In this document: positions 11,932 through 24,189 of the stretch, one piece after another
How positions within the stretch are numbered: position 1 is the first letter of the stretch
Layout: every line of letters begins with the position of its first letter
NCBI GenBank assembly: GCA_965287045.1
Contig: OZ336889.1
Location: forward strand, 19,530,001-19,594,000
From: Carcharhinus amblyrhynchos
Taxonomy: Eukaryota
Reading direction: 5' to 3'
Length of the DNA stretch: 64,000 nt
Notes under the pieces: model-generated
What the model saw: the letters and a program-made list of their open reading frames with translations, nothing else
What the model was told of the DNA's origin: nothing
Databases searched by the model: none
Position numbers and translations under genes: made by a program

Positions 11932-12943
11932 GGGTGGATTTTATATGGGCTGGAGAATCAGCTGGATCAAGTACATCAGTGATGGGAAGTCCCCCCACCT
12001 CTGATTGGCTGGTGGCCATTTTGTTTGTCAGCGCATTTTGTGAGGAAATGGTCGCCATTGGAATGACATCTACCAGAGGGCCAGGATTGCAGCATGAACC
12101 AGGCCGGAGGTAAATGACGGCAGGTGGAGTTCCATGGTGTGGGGCAGTGGGGTGCAGGGCATCAGCATGTGGTTCTCAGTGGGCATCTCTTCCCCTTGAT
12201 CAGGATCTAGACATGAAGGTGGCATGACCCCCACCCTCTTGCCTGGTTGAATGTCCACCCTGCCACCAAACTTTCCCAATGCAGTGTCCCTCAATTTGGC
12301 ACTGAATGCTTTTGAATGTCGGGCCTTCCCAAAAGCCCACAAGCATTTGGCTTGTCATTTTCCTCATGTAGTGAACTCACCCATAGAGCTATAGAACCCT
12401 ACGGTGCAGAAAGAGGCCCTTCGGCCCATCGAGTCTGCACTGACCACAATCCCACTCAGGCCCTACCCCCATATCCCTACATATTACACCCACTAATCCC
12501 TCTAACCTATGCATCCCTGGACTCTAAGGGGCAATTTCTTAGCATGGCCAGTCAACCTAACCTGCACATCTTTGGACTGTGGGAGGAAACCAGAGTACTC
12601 AGAGGAAACCCACACAGACACGAGGAGAATGTGCAAACTCCACACAGACAGTGACCTGAGCCGGGAATCGAACCCAGGACCCTGGAGCTGTGAAGCAGCA
12701 GTGCTAACCACTGTGCTACCATGCTGCCCATCAGTGACAGTGAGATGAAGCGGACATCTATTGGCCACTTAAACACTTCAATTGGTGGCGGGGCAGGAAG
12801 GCTGTCTGTGTCCTTTCCTGCCACGGACTTGATCAAGATCTAAGCGTGAAGGTGGCATGGTCACCACCCACCCCACCCTCCTGCCTAGTTGAATGTCCGC
12901 CCTGCCACCAAACTCACCATGGGGGAAGGCATAAAATGCCTCC
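11932..12943. mobile_element. Non-autonomous Harbinger-type DNA element containing a SINE
   Basis: Imperfect TIRs gggtggattttat ... ataaaatgcctccc around a GC-richer interior. Confidence 0.5.
12383..12729 (-). mobile_element. HE1-type V-SINE (young, near-consensus)
   Basis: Complete tail, V-domain and head; very similar to the copies at 8330 and 53378. Confidence 0.92.
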
Positions 12944-13959
12944 CATTGCATTCCAGCAGGTGGTCATTTTAAAGCCTTCCTCAAGTGGATTTTGTGAAGC
13001 TGGATGTATATCTTTTTCTGAACCTTGAGTTAGTTTCTTTTTCCATTTTGTACATTTGAAAATCACATTTACACTCATGACAGCTAAATTCATAAAACTA
13101 CAGCACCTCTGCTCAATAAACATGAAGTTTACAGTCAAAATGCCTCATTATTCCAACTGCGTACTGTGCCAAACTTGGTTAGCATAAGGCAATGTTCGAC
13201 CCAATTATCTCATTGCTTTCTAATCTAATTGACATGAAGATTGGACTTAGTTATGACTTCCTTTGTGTGACATCTTGGGAGGTCCACTTGTATTAGCCAA
13301 TTATGATCTTATTGCTGAAGGATTCAATTTGTCTCATAATTGCTGCTAAAGTGCTTGAAAAATGAATTAGGATCATGAGAATGTTCAGGGATGAAAAATC
13401 ACCGATAAATCCATCACACTTAAATCCCAGATTTACATCCATTCGAACATTAAAATTTGAAAATGTTAATGAAGAATCAAATTGAATCTGCCATATCTAT
13501 AATCAGTGTAAAGATTTTAAAGTGCTTTGGTGTCTGTGTTTTTCTGTTTATTGATGCTTAAGAATGTACAGGTTGATTTCCCTTCCGTGTATGAGATTTG
13601 TTAGTTTCTACACTCGGATGAATTTTAATTAGTTGAACTCAATACTACCCTGTTTCAATATTTGCTGGGTTATTTTTGAAAATCTCTGCGGCGTTTTACA
13701 AAGTGGTTCTACCCCCTATTGAACCAGCTCCAGTGGAAAACGAGAAAGCATAGCAGATTGCAAAACTGAATGCAGTGGCGAAAGATTAGATTCTGCTCTG
13801 CTGAGCTGTGATATTGTCTGATTTTTGGGCCCAAACAGTCTTGCTCACCCTGTGTTGCAGATGTTTGCCAGATGAACAAGCTGGGGTCAGAGGTTGCCAT
13901 TCTTGGTGCCTCATGGGAGATACGCCTGTTTAGCTCTGAAATGGAATTCAGTGCGTAGA

Positions 13960-14075
13960 GTGAACGCGAGGAATTGCAGAGCAGGCCGTGTAATTTGATG
14001 AATAAAAGTTGATGTAAATTCTGACAGCTGATTTTGACAGAAGTACAGTCAGGAAATAACCAAAATTTCACACTT
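13960..14075. promoter_or_regulatory. Enhancer-like block with Pbx-Hox and Meis motifs
   Basis: TGATGAAT at 13996-14003, TGACAG at 14022-14027 and 14035-14040, flanking TAAT, in repeat-free sequence. Confidence 0.4.
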
Positions 14076-14299
14076 GTGCTTTTATTGGAAGATTGGTGAA
14101 AAACAACTGTTCACTTCTTCTGTTACAATGTGTAAACTATTTAGGAAATCGTATTTATTGCACAGTTACTTCCGCAATCTCTTCCATAAATGTATAAACT
14201 TCTCAGAGGCTAACATCACACCCCCTTCCTGTTTCCAATTTGAAATTCAGCTATGAATTTCATTTTCTTTTCGTTATTTCTGTTCTTCATTTCTTGAAT

Positions 14300-14660
14300 A
14301 GGGTGGCACAGGGTTTAGCACTGCTGCCTCACAGCACCAGTGACCCCTGGGGTTCGATTCCCAGTTTGGGCCACTGTTTGTGGGGTTTCCTCCGGTTTCC
14401 TCCCACGGTCCGAAAAATGTGCTGGTTAGGTGCATTGGCCATGCTAAATTCTCCCTCAGTGTACCTGAACAGGCACTGGAGTATGGCGACTAGGGGACTT
14501 TCACAGTCACTTTATTGCAATGTTGATATTAGCCTACTTGTGACTAATAAATAAAAATTTATTTTAAATTCTCCCTCAGTGTACCTGTACAGGCACCGGA
14601 GTGTGGTGACTAGGGGATTTTCACAGTAACTTCATTGCGTTGTTAATGTAAGCCTACTTT
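14300..14660 (+). mobile_element. V-SINE with type B tail plus tandem duplicate of the tail
   Basis: Head at 14300 and tail ending at 14553; aaattctccctcagtgtacctg...gtaagcctactt repeated at 14567-14660. Confidence 0.85.
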
Positions 14661-15390
14661 TTTTTTGAAGTAATTTTGGTTTAATAGCAATCCCTGTTGA
14701 CAATCGAAATTGGAGGAGTTGGGGAGCTTGGGATTTGTATTAAATCCTGAGAGATACTCAGTAATGTCGGATTCTGGCTCGGAGGAGCTACTGCGTTATG
14801 GAGCTGGATGGACATCAGTTAAATAAAGCTTTTCTTTAGCCTTATCCACCGCCCCTTCCATCAGTGTAAATGGTAAAATATTGAAAATAGATACTTTACA
14901 AAAAAAGTGCACTACGCCAGTGATCTTTTAGCTGATTTGTGACAGATTCTAAAGATACTACATGTTCACATGGTTAAGTTGCTTTGATGTCGAACATTGG
15001 TTGGTTTGCTGACACAAAACAATTGCGTGGTCTGAAGGCACATCCTCAGGGTGACATTAACCTCCAGTTCAGTTTCCCCTGGCTTTTTTTCAAGGGGGGG
15101 GGGGGGGAACAAAACATTTTTATATGATCCATACGTTTCACATCTGCAGCGCATTTTTCTAATAAAAAGCATGCATTGAAAGTGTACCAGAATAAAAATA
15201 CAATTATTTTAGGTACTCAGTCAATAGGCAGACTTAAACCGTGACTTTTATATCTGTCAAATAGAGAGTTTCTGAAGTGCCGGGCAGAGTTTCCTCGCAA
15301 ACGCCATGTGCTGTTGATATGTATATTGATATGACATGTCTAAGAAAGCTTGTCGGACGTAATACGCTCGGACAGGAAAACACAACAGTT

Positions 15391-15463
15391 ATGCCAGGAT
15401 CATTCATGTTACAGGTGTGCTTTGTAGCAATCCTTATTGCAACATGTAGCATTTATTTTACAG
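15391..15463 (+). CDS. Candidate first coding exon, signal-peptide-like (MPGSFMLQVCFVAILIATCSIYFT-G), phase 1
   Basis: ATG at 15391, hydrophobic core, strong donor CAG|GTATGT at 15464; unique sequence. Confidence 0.4.
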
Positions 15464-16239
15464 GTATGTCTTATTAGCGCACTTTAGTGCATCAAATGTA
15501 GAACAAATTGGTTGCAGTAAATATTTTTGCAAGTTAGGTTTGCATATGGATTCAATTTGAGTGTTATGTTAAATGGAACTGGTCCTTGAGATCCCTTGGT
15601 AACAGCAGCAATGTGAGCTATCTTCAAACAGCTTGACACGTGGGTTTGTGAGGCCTGGGAGCCTGTGGTCAGTTGTAGAGCACCTCATTTTAGCACTGAT
15701 CATTTCCTAATTCCACAATTCACAAATTCCAGATCCTGGGATTAAGAAATTCAGGCGATATCATCACAACAAAATTCACCAGGTCTACTCGAACAAGACC
15801 CGGATCTTAGGGAAACTTCCTCATGTGACGTAGCTGTTACTATTCAATGCTCACAAGTTTTTTTTTATCGTATCTGGCTAGACGGCCATTTCCACTGGCA
15901 AATTCAAGCCCCCAAGGAACCGAAATGTAAGATTATCCAAAGGTAATCTGGAAGATAATGTGCCCAGGGTGAACATTAAACCAGTTTATAGATGATATGT
16001 ACACTTGAAGTATACAGAAAGAATAGCTGAAATAACCTGAGCTCCCATGCCTGACTGCATGGAACTGTATTTAGTGCATTATTTAGTGCATTACTTTACT
16101 TGGGCTTTACTTAGCCTATCTGAGCATCTTCATCAGTGGTGCAGTAGTGTTCCTTGCCAAATCCCACCTTCGTGCATCTACTTCTCTGATATTCTATATC
16201 TTTCAGATGCCTCACAGTCTTCCCTGTTTCCCAACTTAA

Positions 16240-16690
16240 AATCTTTTTAATGAAATATTATTTATCACTCTTCCCAGCCCTTTGCAAGGTTCCTCGCTTT
16301 AGATATCCTCCTTTCATCTTTCGACCAATCGACGATGCATTGTCAGTGATTTCAAGCTACACAGAAACTCCACATACCCTTTTCAGAGTTACCTGCCTGC
16401 TTATCTTCACTTTGTTCTGCCTGTTACATAACCTCCCCCCACCCTCACTTACAGCTTTCCGGTCAACTTTGCAACATCTCCTGAAAACTCGACTTCAGAA
16501 ATCTCAGTTACAGACTGAAATATCTCTGGCCAGTTTCTTATCTCCAATCAAGTGCTCTCTAGAGGCCTCGGTAACTTTCCCATTTCTCCCCCAAGGTGAT
16601 CTCTCCCTTGGTGACCCACCTTCAATTCTGTACACTCCACTCAATTCCCATTCTCCTCAACCTTTCGATCCAATTTGATCTCAATACGGT
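16240..16690 (-). mobile_element. Old CR1 ORF2 fragment (endonuclease-to-RT linker)
   Basis: Decayed G.VTE.S..EH..GD motif on the minus strand; pyrimidine-rich plus strand. Confidence 0.35.
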
Positions 16691-18697
16691 TTCAACTTTG
16701 ATAAATATAAGAAGACGTTTGCAATTACAGTAAGCATACTAGCTCCAAAATAATCCAATAAGGTAAAAGATGATGTCAGACCAATTCAAATAATGGATGA
16801 CTATCTTGAATGCAACAGAAAACACATGTACAAATCTTCATAACTTTGCAATGAAGACATTAGCCTGTCAGAATACATACGTCCTTTCAAAGACGTACTG
16901 TGACATGAAACTAAGGAAAGCAAGCCTGTAGTTCCATTTTTGACATTACAGGGTCATAATTTAATTTATGGTCATCAACTCAATTGTTCAATTTTCTTAT
17001 AGGGCATTACTGGGATTAATTTGGGTTATTCAACTATGAGTTACTGCGTGATTGGCAAGATCTCCCGTGCCCTGCAGTGCTGCCCTTCAAGGTGGCACCA
17101 GGAGAAATTTCAGAGAAAGATGTACCGGGTCATCAACCTAACATGATCCATGTTTGGGCGATCCTGGAGGCAGGTCTCCTGCAGATGCTGCCTGCCCAGC
17201 AGTGCCAAAGAGCCAATCTGCATGATCAAATACCCACTTGTGGGCTAATTTGGGATGTTGCCAGTATTGTCTGGTGGCAAACTGGCTCTCCCTGCTGTGT
17301 GCCAAGTCTGGCAGGTGTCTGGAAAAAGGGCTTGCTGATGTCTGGTCTGGGCAGCCTGCGAGAGTTACTGTTATAACCCTTCCACAAGAGCAGCCCACAG
17401 TTGCCCTGCTGTTTGAAACCTGCTTCACACAGGAGACCTCTCAGCTCTGACCACCATTTATTTATTTGAATACAAATCTCTTTAGAGGGTGCCTCAAGAT
17501 GGAAGTTCACTTGTATTCCCATTTCCTGCAGATGGGACTGCCATCTTCTCAAAGCATCAAGCTTCCCAATGTATCAGTACGACCGCGCCTGCAATGAAAC
17601 ATCTCCTCACATTCATGCTAAATAAAAAATTGTTGGAGTCTAGTCTGGCCTCATAATATACCTTGGGGATTCTGACCTGTTATTCAAACAGTCTTCCTAA
17701 TTAGATTTTTTCAACATATAAGGTTGATTTTTGTTTCTGGACCTTCACTGGGAAAGAAACAGAGTTGTAATGGCAGAGATGCTCTGATCCTGCTGCAGAA
17801 GTTGAGCAGGCAGTACCTTATATCATGATTGAGGATGTGAGAGGCCTCCAATTACATCTCCCTTAGCTGTAGCATTATAGGTTTCTGCAGAAGCCCAAAG
17901 GTCATTGGGAGGAATGTTCAATTTGCCTTATGCCACCATTGAACTTTAGCACGCTCCAAGTTCCCTTGAAAACTCATGGTTGATCTGCAAAGGGTTCCAC
18001 CTTGTACACTCCCTCAGTTATTTTTTTAGACACCCGTCTTTTAGAAACCTGGTGACAGGAAATACTCCTCCCACTTTATTAACATCACTGGGTCCACAAT
18101 TATTGAAGGGGCAGGTTTCAGTATATTTGAGTTCAGGGCATTATTGAAGGAGGCTGTGTCTGATATATCAGACCTCTACCCACTAGCCCCTCTGCTACTC
18201 ATTGGACCAAATTACTGCTTGGGTGCAATGAAAATCAGTGCTCTGTTGTTTTGTGTTTTAATTTTTTTTGTCATTAGAGCACAGTCCTGATACTTTCCCT
18301 CTGGCAAATAGAGAAAATTATCCCTAGTTCCAGTCTTGTATATTGTGTTGAGGCCAGTTACAGAGCATTACGGTGAGTGACGGGGACAAGGGAGAAAATA
18401 TAATGCAGAAAGAGGAAAAGGGTAAGCATTAGATGGTAATTATATGTGTGGGGCACCATACTGCTACGTATGACAAATTTTGTTTTGTTTAAATTTAGGC
18501 CTTGAATGCCAAGTTAAATGGCAAAACTGAATGTTTCCCCATCCTTTGCTGCCCCTGAATTTATGTTTGGAATTTTGTGGTGGGAAAAGGGGCTTATGTT
18601 TCCATTAAAATATTCTGGTGATGGTCAGTAATGAATCATATTCTGAAATGATCTTCACAAAAATGACCTTTTTTTGAATAAAAAATTAAAACCTTAT

Positions 18698-18836
18698 GTG
18701 GTGAGGTGCGTTGGCTGTGTTAAATTCTCCCTTAGTGTTACCCAAACAGGCACCAGAATCTGGCGACTAGTGGATTTTCACAGTAACTTCATTGCAGTGT
18801 TAATGTAAGCCTACTGTGACACTAATAAATAAATAA
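18698..18836 (+). mobile_element. V-SINE type B tail fragment
   Basis: taaattctccc...ttttcacagtaacttcattgcagtgttaatgtaagcctac...ctaataaataaa. Confidence 0.8.
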
Positions 18837-20357
18837 TTGGGTACTTGATGCATCATTTAGCAGCCTGTGCTGCTACAGGCCTTTGCTGATGCAGCAGGAC
18901 TCGCTGCCATCTGTTATTCTCTCAGTCTCTGAGGGAGAAGTGGGCAGCTCCAGCTGACATCACGACTGTGTGTTGCGAAATTACCTCCTTTTGTTATGGC
19001 ACGCAAACCTTTCCAAAAAAGTTGAAGCATCGTCCAGCTTGATTGGGTTTGACAATATCTGGTCGTTTGGAATGAAAATCAATTACTGAGCGTTAATCAA
19101 ACATGACGGAGTGAACTGGCTGTCAGTGTGCTGGTAACCTTGTTAGAAACCTGGACAGTTGGCTGGCCAGGTGTCAGAAAAGGTTTGACCTGCTGACTCG
19201 GTTTGACTGGGCTCAGACTAACACCTCTGAGTTTAAAGAAGACGGCAGGAAAACTAAACAAATACTTGAAGAAGGATCAGATCTGAGCTAATGTTCTGGC
19301 TTCTTATCTACCCTGCGCAATTCAAAAGTAGTCCCACGAGTGAATGTTTTCACTGCTTGAATATTCTAATCTATAGTGAAATTCATTTAGCTTTGCTGCA
19401 TGTGTATTTTCTCAATATTAAATGGTGTATAGTTTAATAGATGAAGGTGCGATTATGCTAGTAAATGTTAAGCCAAGGGGTCTATTTAAAGTATGTACTG
19501 ATAAACACTCCATCTTGCCCCTTCCGTGCTTCCTCCCACATGTCTTGCCTCTTTACCTTCCCCCTCTTGTGGTTTTTTTCAAAGACAGGCTTGCAGACAG
19601 CAAAGGTACAAACAAGCAAGATCTTTATTAGAAATGTGTTTATTCTACAGGCTGTTAGGATAGACTGCCCATTTAACCTCGCAAATGGCCAATGATGCCA
19701 CTGATATGTCATATGATCAGACTCTTAAAGTGACTATGGTCCAACTAGGAATAAACAGGAAAACACAATACTAACCATCGTCCCTTTAAATCAGAGCTTC
19801 CTGCAGTGGAACACAATGTAATGTTAACAATCAAAACTTACAATATGAAGAACTAATAAACACAGCGGTCAATAAGTTAGACGTTTCGGAGGGCATCGAC
19901 TCCTGTGAGGTTGGCAACGAGCCTCAAGTGATGCAATCTGTGATGTTTTTGGTTTAGTTTGGACGTTGCCCATAACTGAATCAACTGGAGTTGATGTAGG
20001 ATTTGGAGGTTGACTCGGTGTTGAACTGTCCTCAGCTGAGGTACTGTCTTCCACAGTCGTTTCTGGTATTGTCAGGTCCTCAGGAATGTCTAGGCTTTCA
20101 CTTGGCACAGTTTGTTGCAGACTTTTAATTCACTCTGTCTCTGGTAAACTAGTTCTAGTTGCTAAAGGTTGATGGCTGTGTCTTCTCCACACTAGCTCCC
20201 AAATTTGAATGGTGTAGGAGACCAGTCCTGTTTGTGCCAATACTAATACTAACACTAATAAATAAACTTAAACTTAAATAATCTATATGAACTTTTTGCT
20301 GTGGTCCTTCTGGCCAATCTGGTGGGTGTAATGTTCAGAGTTTTAAAATTTACTTTT

Positions 20358-20633
20358 AGTGTCACAAGTAGGCTTACATTAATGCTGCAGTGAAGTTACT
20401 GTGAAAATCCCTGAGTTGTTGCACTCAGCCACCTGTTTGGATACACCAAGGGAGAATTTAGCATGGCTGGTGCACCTAACTAGCGTGCCTTTTGGACTGT
20501 GGGAGGAAACCGGAGCACCCAGAGGAAACCCATGCAGACATGGGGAAAATGTGCAGACTCCGCAAAGGCAGTGACCCAAACTGAGAATTGAACTCAGGTT
20601 TCTGGAGCTGTGAGGCAGCAGTGCTAACCACTG
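20358..20633 (-). mobile_element. V-SINE type B inserted in Gypsy integrase
   Basis: The integrase frame LPLAP is broken by the SINE head and resumes after its tail. Confidence 0.88.
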
Positions 20634-21633
20634 GTGCTAGTGGCAGCATGTTTCGAATTTTTGCACAAGCCGAACAGGTACCAACCTTCTCCTTGATTTT
20701 GCTCAGGATCCCTGGGCACCAAAAATAGCTTTGGGCTATCTTCTTCATTCCTATTATCCCACAATGACCTTCGCGAAGTTGGTTTAGGACACATTTACTA
20801 GTCAGTCTCTAATGGTGTCATTCGAGACATCTCCAGATTCACAGTGTTCATCTAATTTCTTTCAGGTAGCTACAAATATGTGATTGATTCACCTTAGTGG
20901 TTACATTTATGGAATCTGAATCTTTGAGTGATGACTAAAGATGTAGGTGAGAAGTGGGCCTACAGTTTCTCCACCAAAGGTTTGCGAGCCTGGTAATTCT
21001 GGCTACACCAGAGCTCACAGGAGGTTGAATGCTTTCCCCCCTCCATGATCACCAGTACAGTTGGGTCCATTATGTCGACCTCAATTTTGTTGACTTGGAC
21101 AAAGTATTTAAATCTTTCAGTGAATGAGCTCCACTGCTCAATGTTCTCATCATACAGACACATGCACAAAAACTCCCACCATTTTTATTATGAGAAGGGC
21201 TTGTGTCAGCACAACTTGCCATGAAGCAAGGCACCCTGATCTCAGCCATTTTCTTTCCAAGTTCTGCAACACCCCCAGTTCTAAATTATGTTGCAGGGTA
21301 GTGTTTTTTTTTACTCACAACGTTGCTTGTACTATTGCAGATCTTTCCTTGTGAGTTTACTATCAAATAAATTGGTTGGACTTAAACCTAGTGTTGTCAG
21401 ACTTCTTACTGCAGATCTTTCCAAGCTGGGCACATGGCAAGCTGTTTTGCAATGCTGTTTACTCCAAAATCTTTGTTTAAACGTTGGTTCCTTCGATGGC
21501 TGCTACTGTTATTTGGCATCCCTTCATCATCAGATTTGGTGCAGCGATTTTTAAAAATCCCCTCAATCCTTTTCTATATTGCTAAAATATTTTTCTGTGT
21601 GTTTGCCAGTGTGGTTCCGACTTCCTTGCCATT

Positions 21634-21948
21634 AGAATCCCTACAGTACAGAAGAAGGCCGTTCAGCCCATCGAGCCTGTACTGTCCACAGTCCCATCCA
21701 GGCCTTATTACCGCAACTCCACACATTTACCCCGTTAATTCCCCTGACACGAAGGGTCAATTTAGCATAGCCAAGCAACCTAACCCACACATGTTTGGAG
21801 TGGGGGAGGAAACCAGAGCACCTGGAAGAAACCCCTGCAGACACAGGGAGAATGTACAAACTCTGCACAGACAGTGACCTGAGGCCAGAATTGAACCCGG
21901 ATACCTGGCTCAGTGAGGCAGCAGTGCTAACCACTGAGCCACCATGCC
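21634..21948 (-). mobile_element. HE1-type V-SINE between the PBS-like site and the 5' LTR
   Basis: Full SINE, flanked by tgccatt at 21627-21633 and 21945-21951. Confidence 0.88.
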
Positions 21949-22659
21949 ATTTTTCTTTTGTGGTATTTTCAAAGGATAGGCTTGCAGACCTTGAAGGTAC
22001 AAACAAACAAGAGCTTTAGTAGAAATGTGTTTACTCCACAGGCTGTTCAGATAAATGGCCTGTATCCCCTCGTAAATATTAAATGACATCATTGATATGT
22101 CACATGATCGGACTCTTAAAGTGATCTTGTTCCAAGCGCAGAGCAAACACAACACAACATTTCAACTCTTCATTTCTCCCCTTGACTCTTGTTCAATTTC
22201 ATTCCTTTCCTTCACCATTCTGTCATGTGACAGATACAGATGCTATAAAGTCAACGAGGCAGGATTTGTACGGAAATTTTGCACAATATGTTATTCCAGG
22301 CAGTCCCAACGCAGTGAGAATTTTCCAGTTCTACCCATTGTGTTTTCTCTGCAATGACATAATAAATATAAGTTAAATTAAAATTGAGGAATGAAATGCA
22401 ATGTTCATTTTAAAATGCACAAAAATCTACTATCACAGGCTGTCTGTGGCAAAATCAATTTTGAAAGTGCCCAAATCTACCTGTAGTACCAGATGCGCCT
22501 GAAGGTGGTGCAATGATAGGTTTCTGCCATGATATAAGATAATGTCGCTTCAAATGAAATATTAGCGGCGGCATGTGTATTACCTTTACTGTTCTAGTTC
22601 CAAACCATTGGGTGACTGGGGAAGTTGATTGGGAATTATTCTGTCAGTTCAATAGTTTT

Positions 22660-23109
22660 GATGTGGAGATGCCGGCGTTGGACTGGAATAAGCACGTTAA
22701 GAAGTCTCACAACACCAGGTTAAAATCCAACAGGTTTATTTGTAGCAGATGCCACTAACTTTTGGAACTAGCTGTTCCTTCGTCAGGTGGGTGGGCTCAT
22801 GTCACACTATCTGTAACCACCACAACTTGCCTGGGCTTGCAAAATCTCACTAACTTTCCTGTCTGGAAACAATACACATCTTTCCAACCTGTGCTTAATG
22901 CTCTCTCTACTCACATTGTCTGTACCTTTAAGACTTGATCAGCTGGAAAGACTCACTTTCCAATCATTATTCATGTAAATTGAGTTTGTGTCTCTATATT
23001 GCCCTGTTTGTGATCAGAACTCCCACCCACCTGACGAAGGAACAGCTAGTGGCGTTTGTTACAAGTAAACCTGTTGGACTTTAACCTGGTGTTGTGAGAC
23101 TTCTTACTG
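22660..23109 (+). mobile_element. Penelope-like element 3' end with inverted terminal arm
   Basis: ~22697-22796 is the reverse complement of 23021-23109. The middle part starts with the ORF end (MSHYL stop), as in the copy at 40924. Confidence 0.85.
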
Positions 23110-23830
23110 AGTTCAGTAGTTTGCTTGGCATGGCCCCGCAACTGTTCTCCTCTCCGCTGCCATCCTTCTGCTTTTGCTTCCTGCCTTAATATTCTTTCAT
23201 TTGCTTCCATCGTTCCTTTTCCTCTCCTCTACCTATTTGCCACCTCTCCACTCTATTCCATTTCTTTTCCCCTGCTGGGGGAAATTGGATGCATGGATCA
23301 CAACTCGTAATTTGGCTTATCTTCCAGTCAACAAGATGGCTCGCCGTAGGGAAAAATACATAGTACTGTTCGATTGATCCATTAAAATCAAACAATAGGA
23401 GGGTCATGTGTCCACATTAATGTCTTTTCATGCTGTTTATTCTGGGAAATGTAAATGGTGTAGGATATTTTGTTGGCGATCCCATGGATGTATCACAACC
23501 TCGCACCAGGGACGATAGAGTGCTTTGTAGAATTTTTCAAAATTATTATATCTCTTTGCTGTAATTTCCTTAGGTTTAACTGACACTGTGTAGAATCTCA
23601 ATTTTTTGTGCATGTTATGGTGGTGGAGTGAACTTACTTTACAGTTTAGCTATTTAATCCCTCTGGGGACTGAGTTCCCATTGCAGCTTTCAACATTTGT
23701 GCAATGTCTGCAGGAAATATTTATCTGTTGACTCCTAAGTGTTGCAGATTGATGTGGAGTGTTCAGCTAATTGAGATGGTGCTGTAAAACTGTGGCAAGA
23801 TGCGAGAATAGCAATTGAATTACATGGGAT

Positions 23831-23869
23831 TCTGTGCGCGCACAGAGGGAGCCCTGTTTCCATGGCAAC
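23831..23869. promoter_or_regulatory. 16-bp palindrome plus RFX X-box
   Basis: TCTGTGCGCGCACAGA at 23831-23846; GTTTCCATGGCAAC at 23856-23869. Confidence 0.45.
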
Positions 23870-24189
23870 TGGTACAAATTATTTTAATCAAGTGCCCATC
23901 AGAAATATTGTTGAACCACCTCGATTGCAACTTTCTTAATTAGTGACAAATGGAAAGTTTGACCCTTATTTACAAAGTGGGAAGTGATTACTTCTTGATT
24001 ATGAAATTCCCATCCTTGTTCCCAATCAATTAATGTCCTTGACCTCTTTGTAGCTTCTTCCAGTATCACAACCCTCCGAGATATCTACACTACTTTAACT
24101 GTTGTCTTTTAATTGCTTGCCATTGCTGGCCTTGCCTTCAGCTGCCTGGGTCTTAAACTTCCCTTCTCCACCTCAATACTTCATGTTTC

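Larger units (their letters stand above)
19568..22159 (-). mobile_element. Internally deleted Gypsy/Ty3 LTR retrotransposon with both LTRs
   Basis: Diverged direct repeats 19568-~19775 and 21959-22159 (TGTGG...ACA). Gag N-term (YDENIEQWSSFTERFKYFV), integrase Zn-binding region (GHCGIIGMKKIAQSYFWCPG...CSAC), LHPPDWPEGPQQKVHIDY and C-term RCPPKRL. PPT-like tract at ~19777-19790. No protease or RT seen. Confidence 0.85.

Noticed and set aside
12316-12836. Recurrent ORFs such as VVSTAASQ...SVWSLHIL / MCKLHTDSD, seen many times in the window
   Set aside because: Translations of HE1-type SINE copies, not a gene family.
18985-19058. Possible minus-strand exon (ILSNPIKLDDASTFLERFACHNKR)
   Set aside because: Weak pyrimidine tract, unrecognised peptide, opposite strand to the other candidates; more likely a regulatory block.
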